A DNA stretch of 50,811 bases from an uncultured Thiotrichales bacterium (GTDB lineage Bacteria > Pseudomonadota > Gammaproteobacteria > CAZUMV01). A model generated the notes under the pieces. That model did not search any database. It was given only the letters and a program-made list of their open reading frames with translations, and had not been told where the DNA came from. The stretch is taken from assembly GCA_964621435.1 (NCBI GenBank), contig CAZUMV010000002.1, positions 1 through 50,811 on the forward strand, written 5' to 3'. The position numbers and the translations under genes are program-made. Shown here in pieces: positions 1 through 10,469 of this stretch (within the stretch, counting starts at the first letter, position 1; each line of letters begins with the position of its first letter).

Positions 1-1561
1 GAATCAGCTTTCCATCTTTGACGTACTGACTAATTTTCCAAACTAACCATAAGATTGGCACACCAATCAAAGCAGTAAAGGTAAAGAATGCCGGGTAGCC
101 GATGGCGTCGACGATCGAGCCTGAGTAACCACCCAGTACTTTCGGAAATAACGTCATTAGCGAACTAAAAATTGCGTATTGCATTGCGGTAAAAGACACA
201 TTTGTGAGGCTAGATAGGAAGGCGATGAACACCGACAGCGAAAGCCCTTGCGCAAAATTATCTAATGACAACACGATATATAGCGGCAATAAATCATTGC
301 TTTGATGATACAACCAGATAAATAACAGATTGGTTAATGCCGATAAAATTGCGCCGACAAATAAAAGCCGTATCACACCAAAGCGTAACGCCATCGCACC
401 ACCCACGAAACCACCGGTAATCGTCATGATCACACCAAAAGTTTTTGAGGCGGCGGCTATTTCTTTTTTCGTATAGCCCATTTGATCGTAATAAAATATA
501 TTGGCGATCACTCCTAATACCAGGTCCGAAATCCGATATAAACCAATGAGTGCAAGCAATAATAGAGCCACTCTAAGCCCATACCTAACAAAGAAATCTG
601 TCACCGGGGCGACATAAGTTTGGCGCGCCATTTCTCTATTAATCAGACCGGCATAAACTACCAAGAGACCCATGAGTCCAGCGCTAACGAGCGCCAAGAT
701 CAAACGGGCACTGGCAACCAAAAATGCTGCCAACTGCTTATTGTTGAATAACTCCGACAACATTACTTTCAGGTTAGCGGCCAGATCACTGCTAACTCTG
801 TAAACGAACACTAAAGTTACAACCAAAAGGATGAACAGCGCCAAGAAGCGAAAGTAGTCTGATACCTGCCATTCTGCAACATCACTGCGATGAATTTTCG
901 GTTCTTTGATCATTATCGTCGTGACAACCCCGACTAACATAAGCATAGCCATACAAGTGTATGTTTTAGTCCATGCCGAAAATTGATAGTTGTCCGCACT
1001 GGTCCCAAAGTGTTCGGCTAAAAATAACGCACCGGCACCCGCTGCGATCATGGCGATTCGATAGCCACAAAAGTACATACTCGCCAAGATGGTTTGATGC
1101 TGTACAGTTGCGATTTCGATGCGATAGGCATCTATTACGATATCCTGGGTAGCGGAGCTAAACCCCAATGCCACCGCCGCCAAGGCCAGCCAATATAATG
1201 GCGTACCGCCACCTAATGGGTCGATATTCGCCATGGTCAGCAAAGCACCAATAATGGCTATCTGCGCTAGTAACATCCAGGCTCGCCGCTGCCCCAACAT
1301 TCTGGTCAATATCGGTACAGGCAAGCGATCGACCAATGGCGCCCAAACAAATTTAAAGGAGTAACCCAATGCTGCCAGGCTAAACATGGTAACGGTCGAT
1401 TTCTTTATATCTGCCTCTACCAACCAAATACTAAGCGTACCGAATATAAGTAATATGGGAATGCCTGCCGAGAAACCTAAAAACAATAATTTGAGCATGC
1501 CGGGATCGAGGAAGGCGCGAAGTATTTCCCCCCAGGAAGGTTTGGTTTCAGCTTCAGTCAT
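1..1561 (-). CDS. ampG: AmpG-family MFS muropeptide permease (partial; C-terminus lies beyond the window start)
   Basis: Not in the ORF track because the frame runs off the window edge. My minus-strand translation from the ATG at 1561 reads MTEAETKPSWGEILRAFLDPGMLKLLFLGFSAGIPILLIFGTLSIWL...FKFVWAPLVDR...FSSATQDIVIDAYRIE. It is multi-TM throughout and matches the AmpG N-terminal signature blocks as I remember them. Confidence 0.8.
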   Translation of the reverse strand, partial: MTEAETKPSWGEILRAFLDPGMLKLLFLGFSAGIPILLIFGTLSIWLVEADIKKSTVTMFSLAALGYSFKFVWAPLVDRLPVPILTRMLGQRRAWMLLAQIAIIGALLTMANIDPLGGGTPLYWLALAAVALGFSSATQDIVIDAYRIEIATVQHQTILASMYFCGYRIAMIAAGAGALFLAEHFGTSADNYQFSAWTKTYTCMAMLMLVGVVTTIMIKEPKIHRSDVAEWQVSDYFRFLALFILLVVTLVFVYRVSSDLAANLKVMLSELFNNKQLAAFLVASARLILALVSAGLMGLLVVYAGLINREMARQTYVAPVTDFFVRYGLRVALLLLALIGLYRISDLVLGVIANIFYYDQMGYTKKEIAAASKTFGVIMTITGGFVGGAMALRFGVIRLLFVGAILSALTNLLFIWLYHQSNDLLPLYIVLSLDNFAQGLSLSVFIAFLSSLTNVSFTAMQYAIFSSLMTLFPKVLGGYSGSIVDAIGYPAFFTFTALIGVPILWLVWKISQYVKDGKLI

Positions 1562-2339
1562 CTTCTGGAAAAGGGTAATCGTAATCGATGATTAAAGGGG
1601 CATGATCTGAAAAACGCTTGTCTCTATAAACCCTCGTTTTCTTAACCGTACCTTTCATGCCGGGCGAACAAATATGGTAATCAATTCTCCAACCAGTGTT
1701 GTTGGCCCACGCCTGACCACGATTAGACCACCAGGTGTACTCGTGTTCTTTTTGCGGCAGCTCCCGAAAAGCATCTACAAAGCCAAACTGATCAAATAAT
1801 TTGTCTAGCCAGGCACGCTCTTCAGGCAGAAAGCCCGAGTTCTTTTTGTTGCCGCGCCAATTACGTATATCTTCATTTTTGTGTGCGATGTTCCAGTCAC
1901 CACAAATAACGTAGTCTCTGCCAGATTTTTTAAACCGCAGAAGCTTTTTTTCAAAAAAATCCATACAGCGATACTTCACTTCTTGCCTGACGTCACCTGA
2001 AGACCCTGATGGCATATACAAGGATATGACGCTCAGGTTGCCATACTGTGCCTCGATATATCTGCCCTCCGAATCAAATTCTTTATTACCCATACCGCGA
2101 ACGATTTTGTCCGGTTCGCGTTTGCTATATATTGCGACACCGCTGTAACCTTTTTTTTCTGCGTCCACAAAATACCGATGGTACCGCTTTGGTGAAAATA
2201 CCGGATCATCGAGTTGATCTAACTGGGCTTTAGTTTCTTGAATGCAGATTACATCAGCGCGCTGCCGATTCATCCAGGAAAAAAAGCCTTTTCGCGCGGC
2301 CGCTCTGATGCCATTAGTGTTTACTGTAATTATGCGCAT
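1554..2339 (-). CDS. Exodeoxyribonuclease III / AP-endonuclease (EEP fold) family protein, sitting in the position occupied by crc in Pseudomonas
   Basis: 261 aa. Motifs IQETK, GDWN and SDHAP are all present. Divergent from pyrE. The stop overlaps the ampG start by 8 nt. Confidence 0.85.
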   Translation of the reverse strand: MRIITVNTNGIRAAARKGFFSWMNRQRADVICIQETKAQLDQLDDPVFSPKRYHRYFVDAEKKGYSGVAIYSKREPDKIVRGMGNKEFDSEGRYIEAQYGNLSVISLYMPSGSSGDVRQEVKYRCMDFFEKKLLRFKKSGRDYVICGDWNIAHKNEDIRNWRGNKKNSGFLPEERAWLDKLFDQFGFVDAFRELPQKEHEYTWWSNRGQAWANNTGWRIDYHICSPGMKGTVKKTRVYRDKRFSDHAPLIIDYDYPFPEDD

Positions 2340-2427
2340 AAGTCTGACTTGCTTCTGGAAATAAATAAGATAAAGTGACTGCCACCATTGTACATGGCTT
2401 TACACGGCCGAGTTGAGTTGATCCTAC

Positions 2428-3078
2428 ATGCCCTCAAACTACAAAAACGAATTTATTGATTTGGCCATCCGTTGTCAGGTTTTGCGGTTCGGTTCATTCA
2501 CACTAAAATCTGGCCGAGTGAGCCCGTACTTTTTCAATGCCGGGTTTTTCTATAGCGGCGAAGCGACCGCTGCACTCGGGCGCATGTACGCGCAAGCGAT
2601 GGTCGATTCTGGAGTAGAATTTGATCTGCTTTTCGGACCCGCCTATAAAGGAATCTCCTTAGCCGCGGTCACGGCAGCCGCGCTTTACGATCAACACGGC
2701 ATTCATGTTGACTGGTGTTACAACCGTAAAGAAGTTAAAGATCATGGCGAAGGCGGCCAAATGGTGGGGGCTCCACTAGCCGGTCGCGTGATGGTGATAG
2801 ACGATGTTATTACCGCCGGCACCGCTATTCGTGAGTCGGCTGAGATTATTGGTAATACCGATGCGGAACTGGTTGGCATAACAGTTGCTTTGGATCGAGC
2901 CGAAAAGGGTCGAAATGAACACTCCGCTATTCAAGAAGTGGAACGCGATCTAAAGGTAAAAGTTATCACTCTTGTTTCGCTGGGTGATCTGTTAGAGTAC
3001 CTCAGCGAAAAGCCAGAACTGCTCGACGAACACGACAAAATTACCGACTATCGAAAGAAGTATGGTGTGCAGTCCTGA
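2428..3078 (+). CDS. pyrE: Orotate phosphoribosyltransferase
   Basis: 216 aa. [14 protein letters not shown] and the PRPP-binding loop [16 protein letters not shown] are present. Confidence 0.95.
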   Translation: MPSNYKNEFIDLAIRCQVLRFGSFTLKSGRVSPYFFNAGFFYSGEATAALGRMYAQAMVDSGVEFDLLFGPAYKGISLAAVTAAALYDQHGIHVDWCYNRKEVKDHGEGGQMVGAPLAGRVMVIDDVITAGTAIRESAEIIGNTDAELVGITVALDRAEKGRNEHSAIQEVERDLKVKVITLVSLGDLLEYLSEKPELLDEHDKITDYRKKYGVQS

Positions 3079-3156
3079 ATGACCGGAGACGCAGGCTGGC
3101 GTAACCAGATTTCAACAAATTTTTTTGTGAGAGAGCTCACAACCTGATGCGCAAAA

Positions 3157-3885
3157 TTGGCATTCGCACGGGATTCATGGCAATTTAAGAGCATTGCTTA
3201 CATTTATTTGGTTCATGGATGGAGCCCGCTACGAGTATTTAAATTGAGAAATATATTTTTAACAATCTGTCTCGCCTGCGCCCTTGTTCTGGTCGCGAGT
3301 CAGCCTGCGTTCGCCGCTAAAAAATTGCTGCGCTGGGTTGATGAAAACGGACAGGTGCAATTCGGTGACAAGATCCCGCCACAGTACTCGAAAGGTGGCC
3401 ACGAAGTGCTTTCCGGTGATGGTCGTGTTTTGCAAGAAGTCCCTCGTGAAAAAACTGATGAAGAGGTAGCTGCTCAGTTAGCTGCTGAAAAGCTCGCCAT
3501 AGAACAGGAAAAACAAGCCGCTATTCAGGCTCGAGAAGACGCTTCGCTGCTACGGACTTATACCAGTACTGAAGATATTGATAGAACCTTAATGCAACGG
3601 GTTGCAACAATTCAGGCACAAATTAATCGCGACCAAAGTAATGTTGGTGTTTACGATTATGAATTACGGACAAATCTAAGAAATAGAGCAAGATATATCG
3701 CCGAAGATGAGGTAGTACCACATCAAGTGATTTTAAACATTGATGAGTTACGAACGCGTCTGAAACGTCTGGATGATGAGATTATCAAGAAGAAGAATTT
3801 GCAGTTGCAGATCAAAGAAAAGCTCAGGGCTGATAAGGAGCGCTTCCTAAGGATCATGCAAAAGCAGGCAAACAGCGAATACTAG
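3157..3885 (+). CDS. DUF4124 domain-containing secreted protein with a coiled-coil C-terminus
   Basis: The RWVDENGQVQFGDKIP motif is typical of DUF4124. A signal-peptide-like stretch (MRNIFLTICLACALVLVASQPAFA) begins at an in-frame TTG at 3244, which is probably the real start. Confidence 0.7.
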   Translation: MAFARDSWQFKSIAYIYLVHGWSPLRVFKLRNIFLTICLACALVLVASQPAFAAKKLLRWVDENGQVQFGDKIPPQYSKGGHEVLSGDGRVLQEVPREKTDEEVAAQLAAEKLAIEQEKQAAIQAREDASLLRTYTSTEDIDRTLMQRVATIQAQINRDQSNVGVYDYELRTNLRNRARYIAEDEVVPHQVILNIDELRTRLKRLDDEIIKKKNLQLQIKEKLRADKERFLRIMQKQANSEY

Positions 3886-3896
3886 AACGGTTTAGC

Positions 3897-4763
3897 TTAA
3901 CCCCCCAAAAGCGTTCCTACCCCCGCATCCGTCATTAATTCCAGGAGCACCGCGTGCTGCACTCGACCATCGATAATGTGTACGTTATTGACACCGCCCG
4001 CAATAGCATCCAGAGCACACTGTATTTTAGGTAACATTCCACCGTGAATAGTGCCATCAGAAATCAATGTAGCCACGTCAACTGCATTCAAATCAGTCAA
4101 TAAATTTTGCTGATTGTCTAACACACCAGAGGTGTTGGTCATTAGTATTAATTTTTCTGCAGACAAAGCCGTGGCTATACTCCCGGCAACCAGATCAGCG
4201 TTAATATTGTATGGCCGCGTCGACGCATCAAAGCCAATCGGCGCAATTACGGGTATTGACGCCATGTTCGAAAACGTCGCCAGCAAATCCGGATCGATGT
4301 GATCAACCTCACCGACATAACCTAGCTCGTTATCATCCGCGTTTCGGCGTAACGGTTTTGCCGTAACCAAACGTCGATCATCCTCGCCGGTAAAAGCGGT
4401 TGCTTGACCACCATGCGAAGCTATCAAATCAATAATATGTTTATTAACAACATGCGTAAGCGTTTCTTGCACCACTTGCATAGTCTCGGCATCCGTCACA
4501 CGCATACCGTTAATGAACCGACTTTGTTTGCCCAGTTTTTTTAAGGCTTCGCCAATCTGCGGACCACCGCCATGTACCACAACAGGTTTAAGCCCAATTT
4601 GTTTGAGCAACACAACATCGCGTGCGAAGCTACTTTGTAATGCATTATCGATCATGGCATTACCGCCATATTTGACCACAACGGTCTTGTCAGAAAATCT
4701 TTGAATGTACGGGAGCGCTTCCGTGAGCACCCGGGCAGTATGGTAGGCAGTTTGATCTTGCAT
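3897..4763 (-). CDS. argB: Acetylglutamate kinase
   Basis: 288 aa. VVKYGGNAM and VVHGGGPQI amino-acid-kinase motifs are present. Confidence 0.95.
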   Translation of the reverse strand: MQDQTAYHTARVLTEALPYIQRFSDKTVVVKYGGNAMIDNALQSSFARDVVLLKQIGLKPVVVHGGGPQIGEALKKLGKQSRFINGMRVTDAETMQVVQETLTHVVNKHIIDLIASHGGQATAFTGEDDRRLVTAKPLRRNADDNELGYVGEVDHIDPDLLATFSNMASIPVIAPIGFDASTRPYNINADLVAGSIATALSAEKLILMTNTSGVLDNQQNLLTDLNAVDVATLISDGTIHGGMLPKIQCALDAIAGGVNNVHIIDGRVQHAVLLELMTDAGVGTLLGG

Positions 4764-4821
4764 GATGTTGTTAAACTCGAATTTTACTTTTTATAACGGG
4801 TTGTTGGCCGCGTCTTAATGA

Positions 4822-6018
4822 TTAAACCTGGCCAATTTTTAGCTCGGCGAGCAAATCGATCAAATGGCGTGCCAATTTTCCTTTAGGCATCTCCGGAAAC
4901 TGTTTTTCTCCTGTCGGCCAAAAAACATGCAACTGGTTGTTAAGCTGATCAAAGCCCTGACCATCACCAACCGGGTTAGCGGCAATCATATCGAGGTTTT
5001 TCCTGGCCAATTTTTCCCGTGCATATTTTTCAAGGTCATTCGTTTCGGCCGCAAAGCCGAGCGTAAATGGTCCATCCTCCAACGCGGCTACGCTAGCCAA
5101 AATATCCTTGTTTAGTTCAAAATCGAGCTGCAAGGATGCATCTGACTTTTTCGTTTTTTTATCTTGCTGGTTCGCAACCCGATAATCGGCTACGGCGGCT
5201 GTCGCAATGAAGATATCGTGATCCGCTACCCGGGACATGACCGCCTCATACATTTCCTGTGCGGTTTCCACATCCACACGCTTAACTGAGCGTGGGGTTT
5301 CCTGATGGACTGGGCCGCTTATCAAGGTAACCGACGCGCCAGCATCAATGGCTGCTGTCGCGACCGCATAACCCATTTTTCCGGAACTACGGTTGGAAAT
5401 AAATCGCACTGGATCAATAGGCTCGCGCGTTGGACCAGCCGTGATCAGCACCCGTTGTCCTCCAAGTTTGCCGGTACTAAAATGCTCGATAACATCTTTA
5501 AGCAAATCTTCGGGTTCCCGCATTCGGCCCAAACCAACATCGCCACAGGCTTGGTCACCAGCGTCCGGGCCCAACATAATCGCGCCATTATTAGTGAGGG
5601 TCGTGATATTTTCAGAGGTGCTTTTTTGCGCCCACATTTGTTGATTCATGGCGGGCGCAATCGCTAGCGGGCTTTGTGATGCCAAACATAAGGTTGATAA
5701 CAGATCGTCGGCGCGACCGACCGCCAAACGCGCAATAGTATTCGCGCTAGCCGGTGCAATTAGAATTAAATCTGCCCAGCGCGCAAGTTCAATATGACCC
5801 ATGGCTGCTTCGTGCTCAGGGTCGAGCAACTCGGTCCGTACTGGTTCGCCTGTGAGCGCCTGAAAAGTCAGTGGAGTAACAAAAGCCTGACCGCCCTTGG
5901 TCATTACGACTTTAACGTTTGCTCCGGCTTTAACTAGCAGGCGCGCGAGCACCGCACTCTTGTAGGCGGCGATACCACCAGAGATACCTAAGAGAATATT
6001 TTTATGAAGTAGCGACAT
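4822..6018 (-). CDS. coaBC: Bifunctional phosphopantothenoylcysteine decarboxylase / phosphopantothenate-cysteine ligase
   Basis: 398 aa. It has an N-terminal flavoprotein domain (GISGGIAAYK, PAMN) and a C-terminal CoaB domain (ITAGPTREPIDPVRFISNRSSGKMG). Confidence 0.95.
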   Translation of the reverse strand: MSLLHKNILLGISGGIAAYKSAVLARLLVKAGANVKVVMTKGGQAFVTPLTFQALTGEPVRTELLDPEHEAAMGHIELARWADLILIAPASANTIARLAVGRADDLLSTLCLASQSPLAIAPAMNQQMWAQKSTSENITTLTNNGAIMLGPDAGDQACGDVGLGRMREPEDLLKDVIEHFSTGKLGGQRVLITAGPTREPIDPVRFISNRSSGKMGYAVATAAIDAGASVTLISGPVHQETPRSVKRVDVETAQEMYEAVMSRVADHDIFIATAAVADYRVANQQDKKTKKSDASLQLDFELNKDILASVAALEDGPFTLGFAAETNDLEKYAREKLARKNLDMIAANPVGDGQGFDQLNNQLHVFWPTGEKQFPEMPKGKLARHLIDLLAELKIGQV

Positions 6019-6094
6019 GGATGCAACCGGCTAGTGTGCTAACCCTGCTGCACCCATATCGCAGCAGGCTCATGGTTATGAGCAAAACGTTGAA

Positions 6095-6295
6095 CTAGTC
6101 CAGAATGAAGGTAACTTTAAGACGAACGACGTAGTCTTTTACCTTGCCATCGCTAACGCTCACCTGTTGATCCGCAACCCACGCACTAGTGATGTTATTG
6201 AGCGTTTTATTAGCACGCTTAACACCGTTTCGAACGGCGTCTTCAAATGATTTAGTCGAACTTGCGGAAATTTCCGTAACTTTTGCTACTGACAT
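6095..6295 (-). CDS. Dodecin-family small flavin-binding protein
   Basis: 66 aa. The pattern VAKVTEISASSTKSFEDAV...LKVTF is typical of the dodecin family. Confidence 0.75.
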   Translation of the reverse strand: MSVAKVTEISASSTKSFEDAVRNGVKRANKTLNNITSAWVADQQVSVSDGKVKDYVVRLKVTFILD

Positions 6296-6343
6296 TGGTT
6301 TAACTCCTTTTAGTGTGAAAAAAATAGTTGGCGAATTATATCG

Positions 6344-7204
6344 CTATTCGCAATTTTTATTGTAAATTTCGAGCGCTTCCGGCATCCATTGCTCGAATTG
6401 CTTGATTCTGGTCTCGGCACTGGGATGGGTAGATGCGAATTCGTCTGGTTTTTCTCCGGAAGAAGCAGCATTCATTCGCTGCCAAAGTTTCGGCGCCTCG
6501 CGCGGGTCGTAACAAGCCCGCGCAGCATAAATCAAGCCAATATAGTCTGCTTCAGATTCATGATTACGGCTAAATGGCAACAAGATGCCATAGTGTCCGC
6601 CAGCACCCATCGCCCCCATTACAGCTCGTTGGGCGCCAATATCCATTCCACCCAAGGCCATTCCTGCCGCCATGGTGCCAAATTGCATCAATTTTTGATG
6701 CGCCATGCGCTCAGCACCATGCCGGGCAATGGCGTGCGCTATTTCATGCCCCATTATCACCGCCAGGCCATCACGGTTTTCGGCTATCGGCAGAATTCCG
6801 GAATACACTGCAACTTTGCCACCAGGCAAACAAAATGCATTGGCTTGATCTGAATCAATCAAATTAAAATCCCAATCAAAACCGGGATCATCAGTACTTG
6901 CGGCCGCCGCTAAACGGGCGCCGATGTGACGGATTAATTCATACGTCTCGCCGCTCCTGATGACATTGGAGTCCCGCAGAATTTCCTGATAAGACTGCAA
7001 ACCCAGGGCCATTTCCTGATCACGATCCATATCGACCAATTGCTTGCGATCGGTATAAGGGACGCTTTGCTGATTGCTGAAATAATAGTAGGCAAAATAC
7101 AACGCGAACAGGATGATCGGAATCCAGCGCATGCTGAAACCACCTCGTCGTCGGCGTCTACCATAGGCTGCACTCTGAGGTGCTCTTCGGTTGAATATAG
7201 GCAT
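6344..7204 (-). CDS. M48-family zinc metallopeptidase (Oma1/LoiP-like), membrane anchored
   Basis: HEIAHAIARH (HExxH) plus a downstream E (ESEADYIG). The N-terminus is basic and followed by a TM helix. Confidence 0.85.
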   Translation of the reverse strand: MPIFNRRAPQSAAYGRRRRRGGFSMRWIPIILFALYFAYYYFSNQQSVPYTDRKQLVDMDRDQEMALGLQSYQEILRDSNVIRSGETYELIRHIGARLAAAASTDDPGFDWDFNLIDSDQANAFCLPGGKVAVYSGILPIAENRDGLAVIMGHEIAHAIARHGAERMAHQKLMQFGTMAAGMALGGMDIGAQRAVMGAMGAGGHYGILLPFSRNHESEADYIGLIYAARACYDPREAPKLWQRMNAASSGEKPDEFASTHPSAETRIKQFEQWMPEALEIYNKNCE

Positions 7205-7321
7205 GCGTAAAAAATAGACCCGTTAGGGTCCCGTTTCAAGGTTTTTTCCTATATTTATCAACTTTTATTGTTTGGTTTCTTACTTGTGTTGCATCAATCA
7301 GACTTATAACATGCTCACAGC

Positions 7322-7936
7322 ATGAATACGGGCAGACTTTTTATCATTTCAGCACCTTCCGGCGCCGGCAAAACCAGCCTCGTTAATGCTCTGTGTGAGA
7401 AGGTTTCCGATATCCGCCCTTCCGTCTCCCATACCACCCGGGAAAAACGACCCGCTGAAAAAAACGGCGTCGATTATCATTTTATCTCTGAATCCCGATT
7501 CAAGGAGAAAAAAGACAGTGGTGATTTTCTCGAATCAGCACGCGTTTTTGATTACCACTACGGCACCTCGGCAAGCGCTGTTCAAGAGGCATTAGATAGC
7601 GGTACCGACATTATCCTCGAGATTGACTGGCAAGGTGCACGACAAATTCGCAAGACCCTGGACCACGGAGTTTCGATTTACATCTTGCCGCCCAGTACCG
7701 ACGTTTTGGAGCAGCGGTTGCGGAAACGTGGTCAGGATAATGAAGACACAATCCGTCGGCGCATGCGCGCAGCAGTCATGGAAATGGTGCACTATGATGA
7801 ATTTGACTATCTGGTCATTAACGACGATTTCGAACAAGCCCTAAACGCTTTGACGAGCATAGTTATGGCTCAACGCTGCAAAACCGAGGTCCAAAGCGCA
7901 CAAAACCGCAATTTGATCAAAAGTTTATTGGCATAA
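7322..7936 (+). CDS. gmk: Guanylate kinase
   Basis: 204 aa. P-loop SAPSGAGKTSL and TTR motifs are present. Confidence 0.95.
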   Translation: MNTGRLFIISAPSGAGKTSLVNALCEKVSDIRPSVSHTTREKRPAEKNGVDYHFISESRFKEKKDSGDFLESARVFDYHYGTSASAVQEALDSGTDIILEIDWQGARQIRKTLDHGVSIYILPPSTDVLEQRLRKRGQDNEDTIRRRMRAAVMEMVHYDEFDYLVINDDFEQALNALTSIVMAQRCKTEVQSAQNRNLIKSLLA

Positions 7937-7994
7937 AGCCTGTTTTTACATACAATTGAGCGTTCATTTTAACCAACAGCTTAAGGCCTCGCCC

Positions 7995-8261
7995 ATGGCA
8001 CGCGTCACCGTAGAAGACTGCATTGAAGTCATTAATAACCGTTTTGAAATGGTGCTGTCCGCAGCACGCCGCAGCCGTCAGTTACTGAATGGTGCGGAAC
8101 CGAATCTAGAGTGGGAGAATGACAAACCCACAGTGATGGCACTCCGGGAAATCGCCGAAGGAATAATCACTAAAGATGTTCTCAATGAAGCGGAAAATTT
8201 AAATGTTATGTCGATTGAAGAAACCGTTGCCGCGGAAGAGTCTGATAGCCTCAGGTTTTAG
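7995..8261 (+). CDS. rpoZ: DNA-directed RNA polymerase subunit omega
   Basis: MARVTVEDCIEVINNRFEMVLSAARRSRQL is the canonical omega N-terminus. The track ORF begins at an upstream TTG (7956); I prefer the ATG at 7995. Confidence 0.9.
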   Translation: MARVTVEDCIEVINNRFEMVLSAARRSRQLLNGAEPNLEWENDKPTVMALREIAEGIITKDVLNEAENLNVMSIEETVAAEESDSLRF

Positions 8262-10453
8262 TGACCGCGGTCAAATCTGACCATGTTGTTTCGTCGTCCG
8301 ACCCATCTGCGACCGGACTAATACGCGGTCCGGCTGGGAACCCCTCCAACGAACGCTTTTTAATCAGCGATCTCTGCAATATGCTCGAGACCTATCTCGA
8401 GCCAGAAAAAATCACCGAGATAACGCGCGCCTACCTGGTAAGTGAGGCCGCGCATGAAGGTCAATCCCGAATGTCCGGGGAAGCCTATATCAATCATCCG
8501 TTGGCAGTCGCCAGAACTATGGCAGAAATGCGCATGGATGCCGAATCGATCATGGCAGCTATCCTGCATGATGTGATGGAAGACACCAACATTAGCAGAG
8601 AACAATTGGTGGACGAGTTTGGTGAAGTCATTGCTTCTCTCGTAGACGGCGTCAGTAAACTGAGCCATCTTACCTTCGACTCACGCGCCGAGGCACAAGC
8701 AGCCAGTTTTAGAAAAATGATGTTAGCGATGACCAGCGACGTGCGGGTCATACTGGTCAAGCTTGCCGACCGATTACATAATATGCGCACCCTGGGTTCA
8801 TTGAACCCGGAAAAACGTCGGCGCATCGCGCGGGAAACTCTCGAAGTATATGCTCCCATTGCGCAACGCCTCGGGATGAACAAATTCCGCCGGGAACTCG
8901 AACGCCTCGGATTCCAGGCATTACATCCGATGCGCTATCGCGCCATCCATGCCGGGGTAGAAAGATCAAAAAGCCGCTATACCGAATTGCTCGGCAAGAT
9001 TGAAACCAATATTAGTAACCGACTCGAGGAAATGGAAATTCAGGCGCGTATCCACTCGCGCGAAAAAAACCTGTTTAGCATTCATGAGAAAATGCGTGAG
9101 AAAAAACTCTCCTTTCAAGAAATCCATGACGTCTTCGCGCTGCGTATTGTGGTTGACGACATCGACACTTGCTACCGCACTCTGGGCGCCTGCCACACCC
9201 TTTATAAACCGATTCCCGGACGCTTTAAAGATTATATCGCGATCCCCAAAAGCAACGGCTACCAATCTCTACACTCCGTAGTTCTCGGTCCCGGCGGCGC
9301 CGAAGTGGAGATACAAATTCGCAGCATCGATATGGACCGCGTTGCAGAAGAAGGCATCGCGGCACATTGGTTTTATAAAAGTGAAGACGATCAGGAAACA
9401 CCGGCACAACGTCGAACTAACGAATGGCTAAAAAGTCTGTTGGAACTGCAGCAAAACACCGGCAATGCACTCGAATTTTTTGAAAATGTTAAAATCGATT
9501 TGTTCCCTGATGAAGTCTATGTGTTTACTCCGAAAGGCGACATTATGTCTCTGCCACGTGGCGCTACCGGCCTGGATTTTGCCTACGCTGTGCACACTGA
9601 CTTGGGTAATTCGTGCGTTGCTTTAAAAATCGATAAATATCTTTCTTCTCCCAGCGAAGTATTGGAGAGTGGGCAATCTATTGAAATACTCACTGACAAA
9701 AAAGTAAACCCCAACCCCACCTGGCTGAATTTCGCGGCAACTGCAAGAGCACGCTCCAGCATTCGCCATTATCTGAATACCATGGAAAAAGATGAAGCCG
9801 TTAATTTGGGAAAGCGGCTGTATAAAAAAGCGATTCGTGCGAAAGCCGGCACTTATGTTGAAGCACCAAAAGACCGGATGAAAGCTTTACTTAAAAATTA
9901 TCATTACTCCGACAAGAACGCTTTATATCGCGCTATCGGTCTTGGTAAAAAATTGGCCGCATCTGTAGTCGATGACTTGTTTGGCAGAAAAAACAAAGAA
10001 CAAACAACTGAGCCATTGATTATTAAAGGCTCGGAAGGAGTGGTTCTCATTCTGGCAAAGTGTTGTGGTCCGGTACCTGGAGATGCGGTCATCGGTATGA
10101 TGAGTACCGGTCGGGGCATGGTTGTACACCGGCAGGAGTGTCCGAACATTGCAAACTACCTCGACAACGACGAACGTATATTGCCGGTTGAGTGGGAAGC
10201 AGACATGACCGGCTCGTTTCATGCCAGCATCCGTTTACAAACCCGCAATAAACCGGGCACCATGGCAGCCATCGCAAATTCATTGGCCTTCCAGAATTCA
10301 AATATCGAAAACATCGTCTATGAAGACCGCGATACGATGTCTTCACAAATCACATTTACTGTGGCCGTTGAAGACCGCCAACACCTGGCACAGGTCATTA
10401 GAAAGCTGCGAAATATTCCCGAAGTGATTAGAATAAGCAGACCCTTCACCTGA
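8261..10453 (+). CDS. spoT: Bifunctional (p)ppGpp synthetase / guanosine-3',5'-bis(diphosphate) 3'-pyrophosphohydrolase
   Basis: HD domain (HPLAVA...LHDVMEDT), RelA/SpoT synthetase domain, TGS and ACT-like C-terminus. The GTG start overlaps the rpoZ stop (TAGTG). The exact start is uncertain because the N-terminus is about 30 aa longer than I expect. Confidence 0.9.
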   Translation: MTAVKSDHVVSSSDPSATGLIRGPAGNPSNERFLISDLCNMLETYLEPEKITEITRAYLVSEAAHEGQSRMSGEAYINHPLAVARTMAEMRMDAESIMAAILHDVMEDTNISREQLVDEFGEVIASLVDGVSKLSHLTFDSRAEAQAASFRKMMLAMTSDVRVILVKLADRLHNMRTLGSLNPEKRRRIARETLEVYAPIAQRLGMNKFRRELERLGFQALHPMRYRAIHAGVERSKSRYTELLGKIETNISNRLEEMEIQARIHSREKNLFSIHEKMREKKLSFQEIHDVFALRIVVDDIDTCYRTLGACHTLYKPIPGRFKDYIAIPKSNGYQSLHSVVLGPGGAEVEIQIRSIDMDRVAEEGIAAHWFYKSEDDQETPAQRRTNEWLKSLLELQQNTGNALEFFENVKIDLFPDEVYVFTPKGDIMSLPRGATGLDFAYAVHTDLGNSCVALKIDKYLSSPSEVLESGQSIEILTDKKVNPNPTWLNFAATARARSSIRHYLNTMEKDEAVNLGKRLYKKAIRAKAGTYVEAPKDRMKALLKNYHYSDKNALYRAIGLGKKLAASVVDDLFGRKNKEQTTEPLIIKGSEGVVLILAKCCGPVPGDAVIGMMSTGRGMVVHRQECPNIANYLDNDERILPVEWEADMTGSFHASIRLQTRNKPGTMAAIANSLAFQNSNIENIVYEDRDTMSSQITFTVAVEDRQHLAQVIRKLRNIPEVIRISRPFT

Positions 10454-10469
10454 TGGCAGCACTAAACTC

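Noticed and set aside
1158-1595. Short track ORFs 1158-1346 (-) and 1386-1595 (+) as genes at the left end.
   Set aside because: The region is covered by one long minus-strand frame encoding an AmpG-like permease that runs off the window. The short ORFs are out-of-frame or antisense artefacts.
6044-6068. 8-bp GC-rich stem-loop (CCTGCTGC / GCAGCAGG) between the dodecin gene and coaBC as a terminator.
   Set aside because: No U-tract follows on either strand. It may be a minor RNA structure, but the sequence alone does not support a terminator or a regulatory call.
7956-7994. 13-codon N-terminal extension of rpoZ from a TTG start.
   Set aside because: MARVTVEDC is the conserved omega N-terminus and begins with an ATG. 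The extension has no support.
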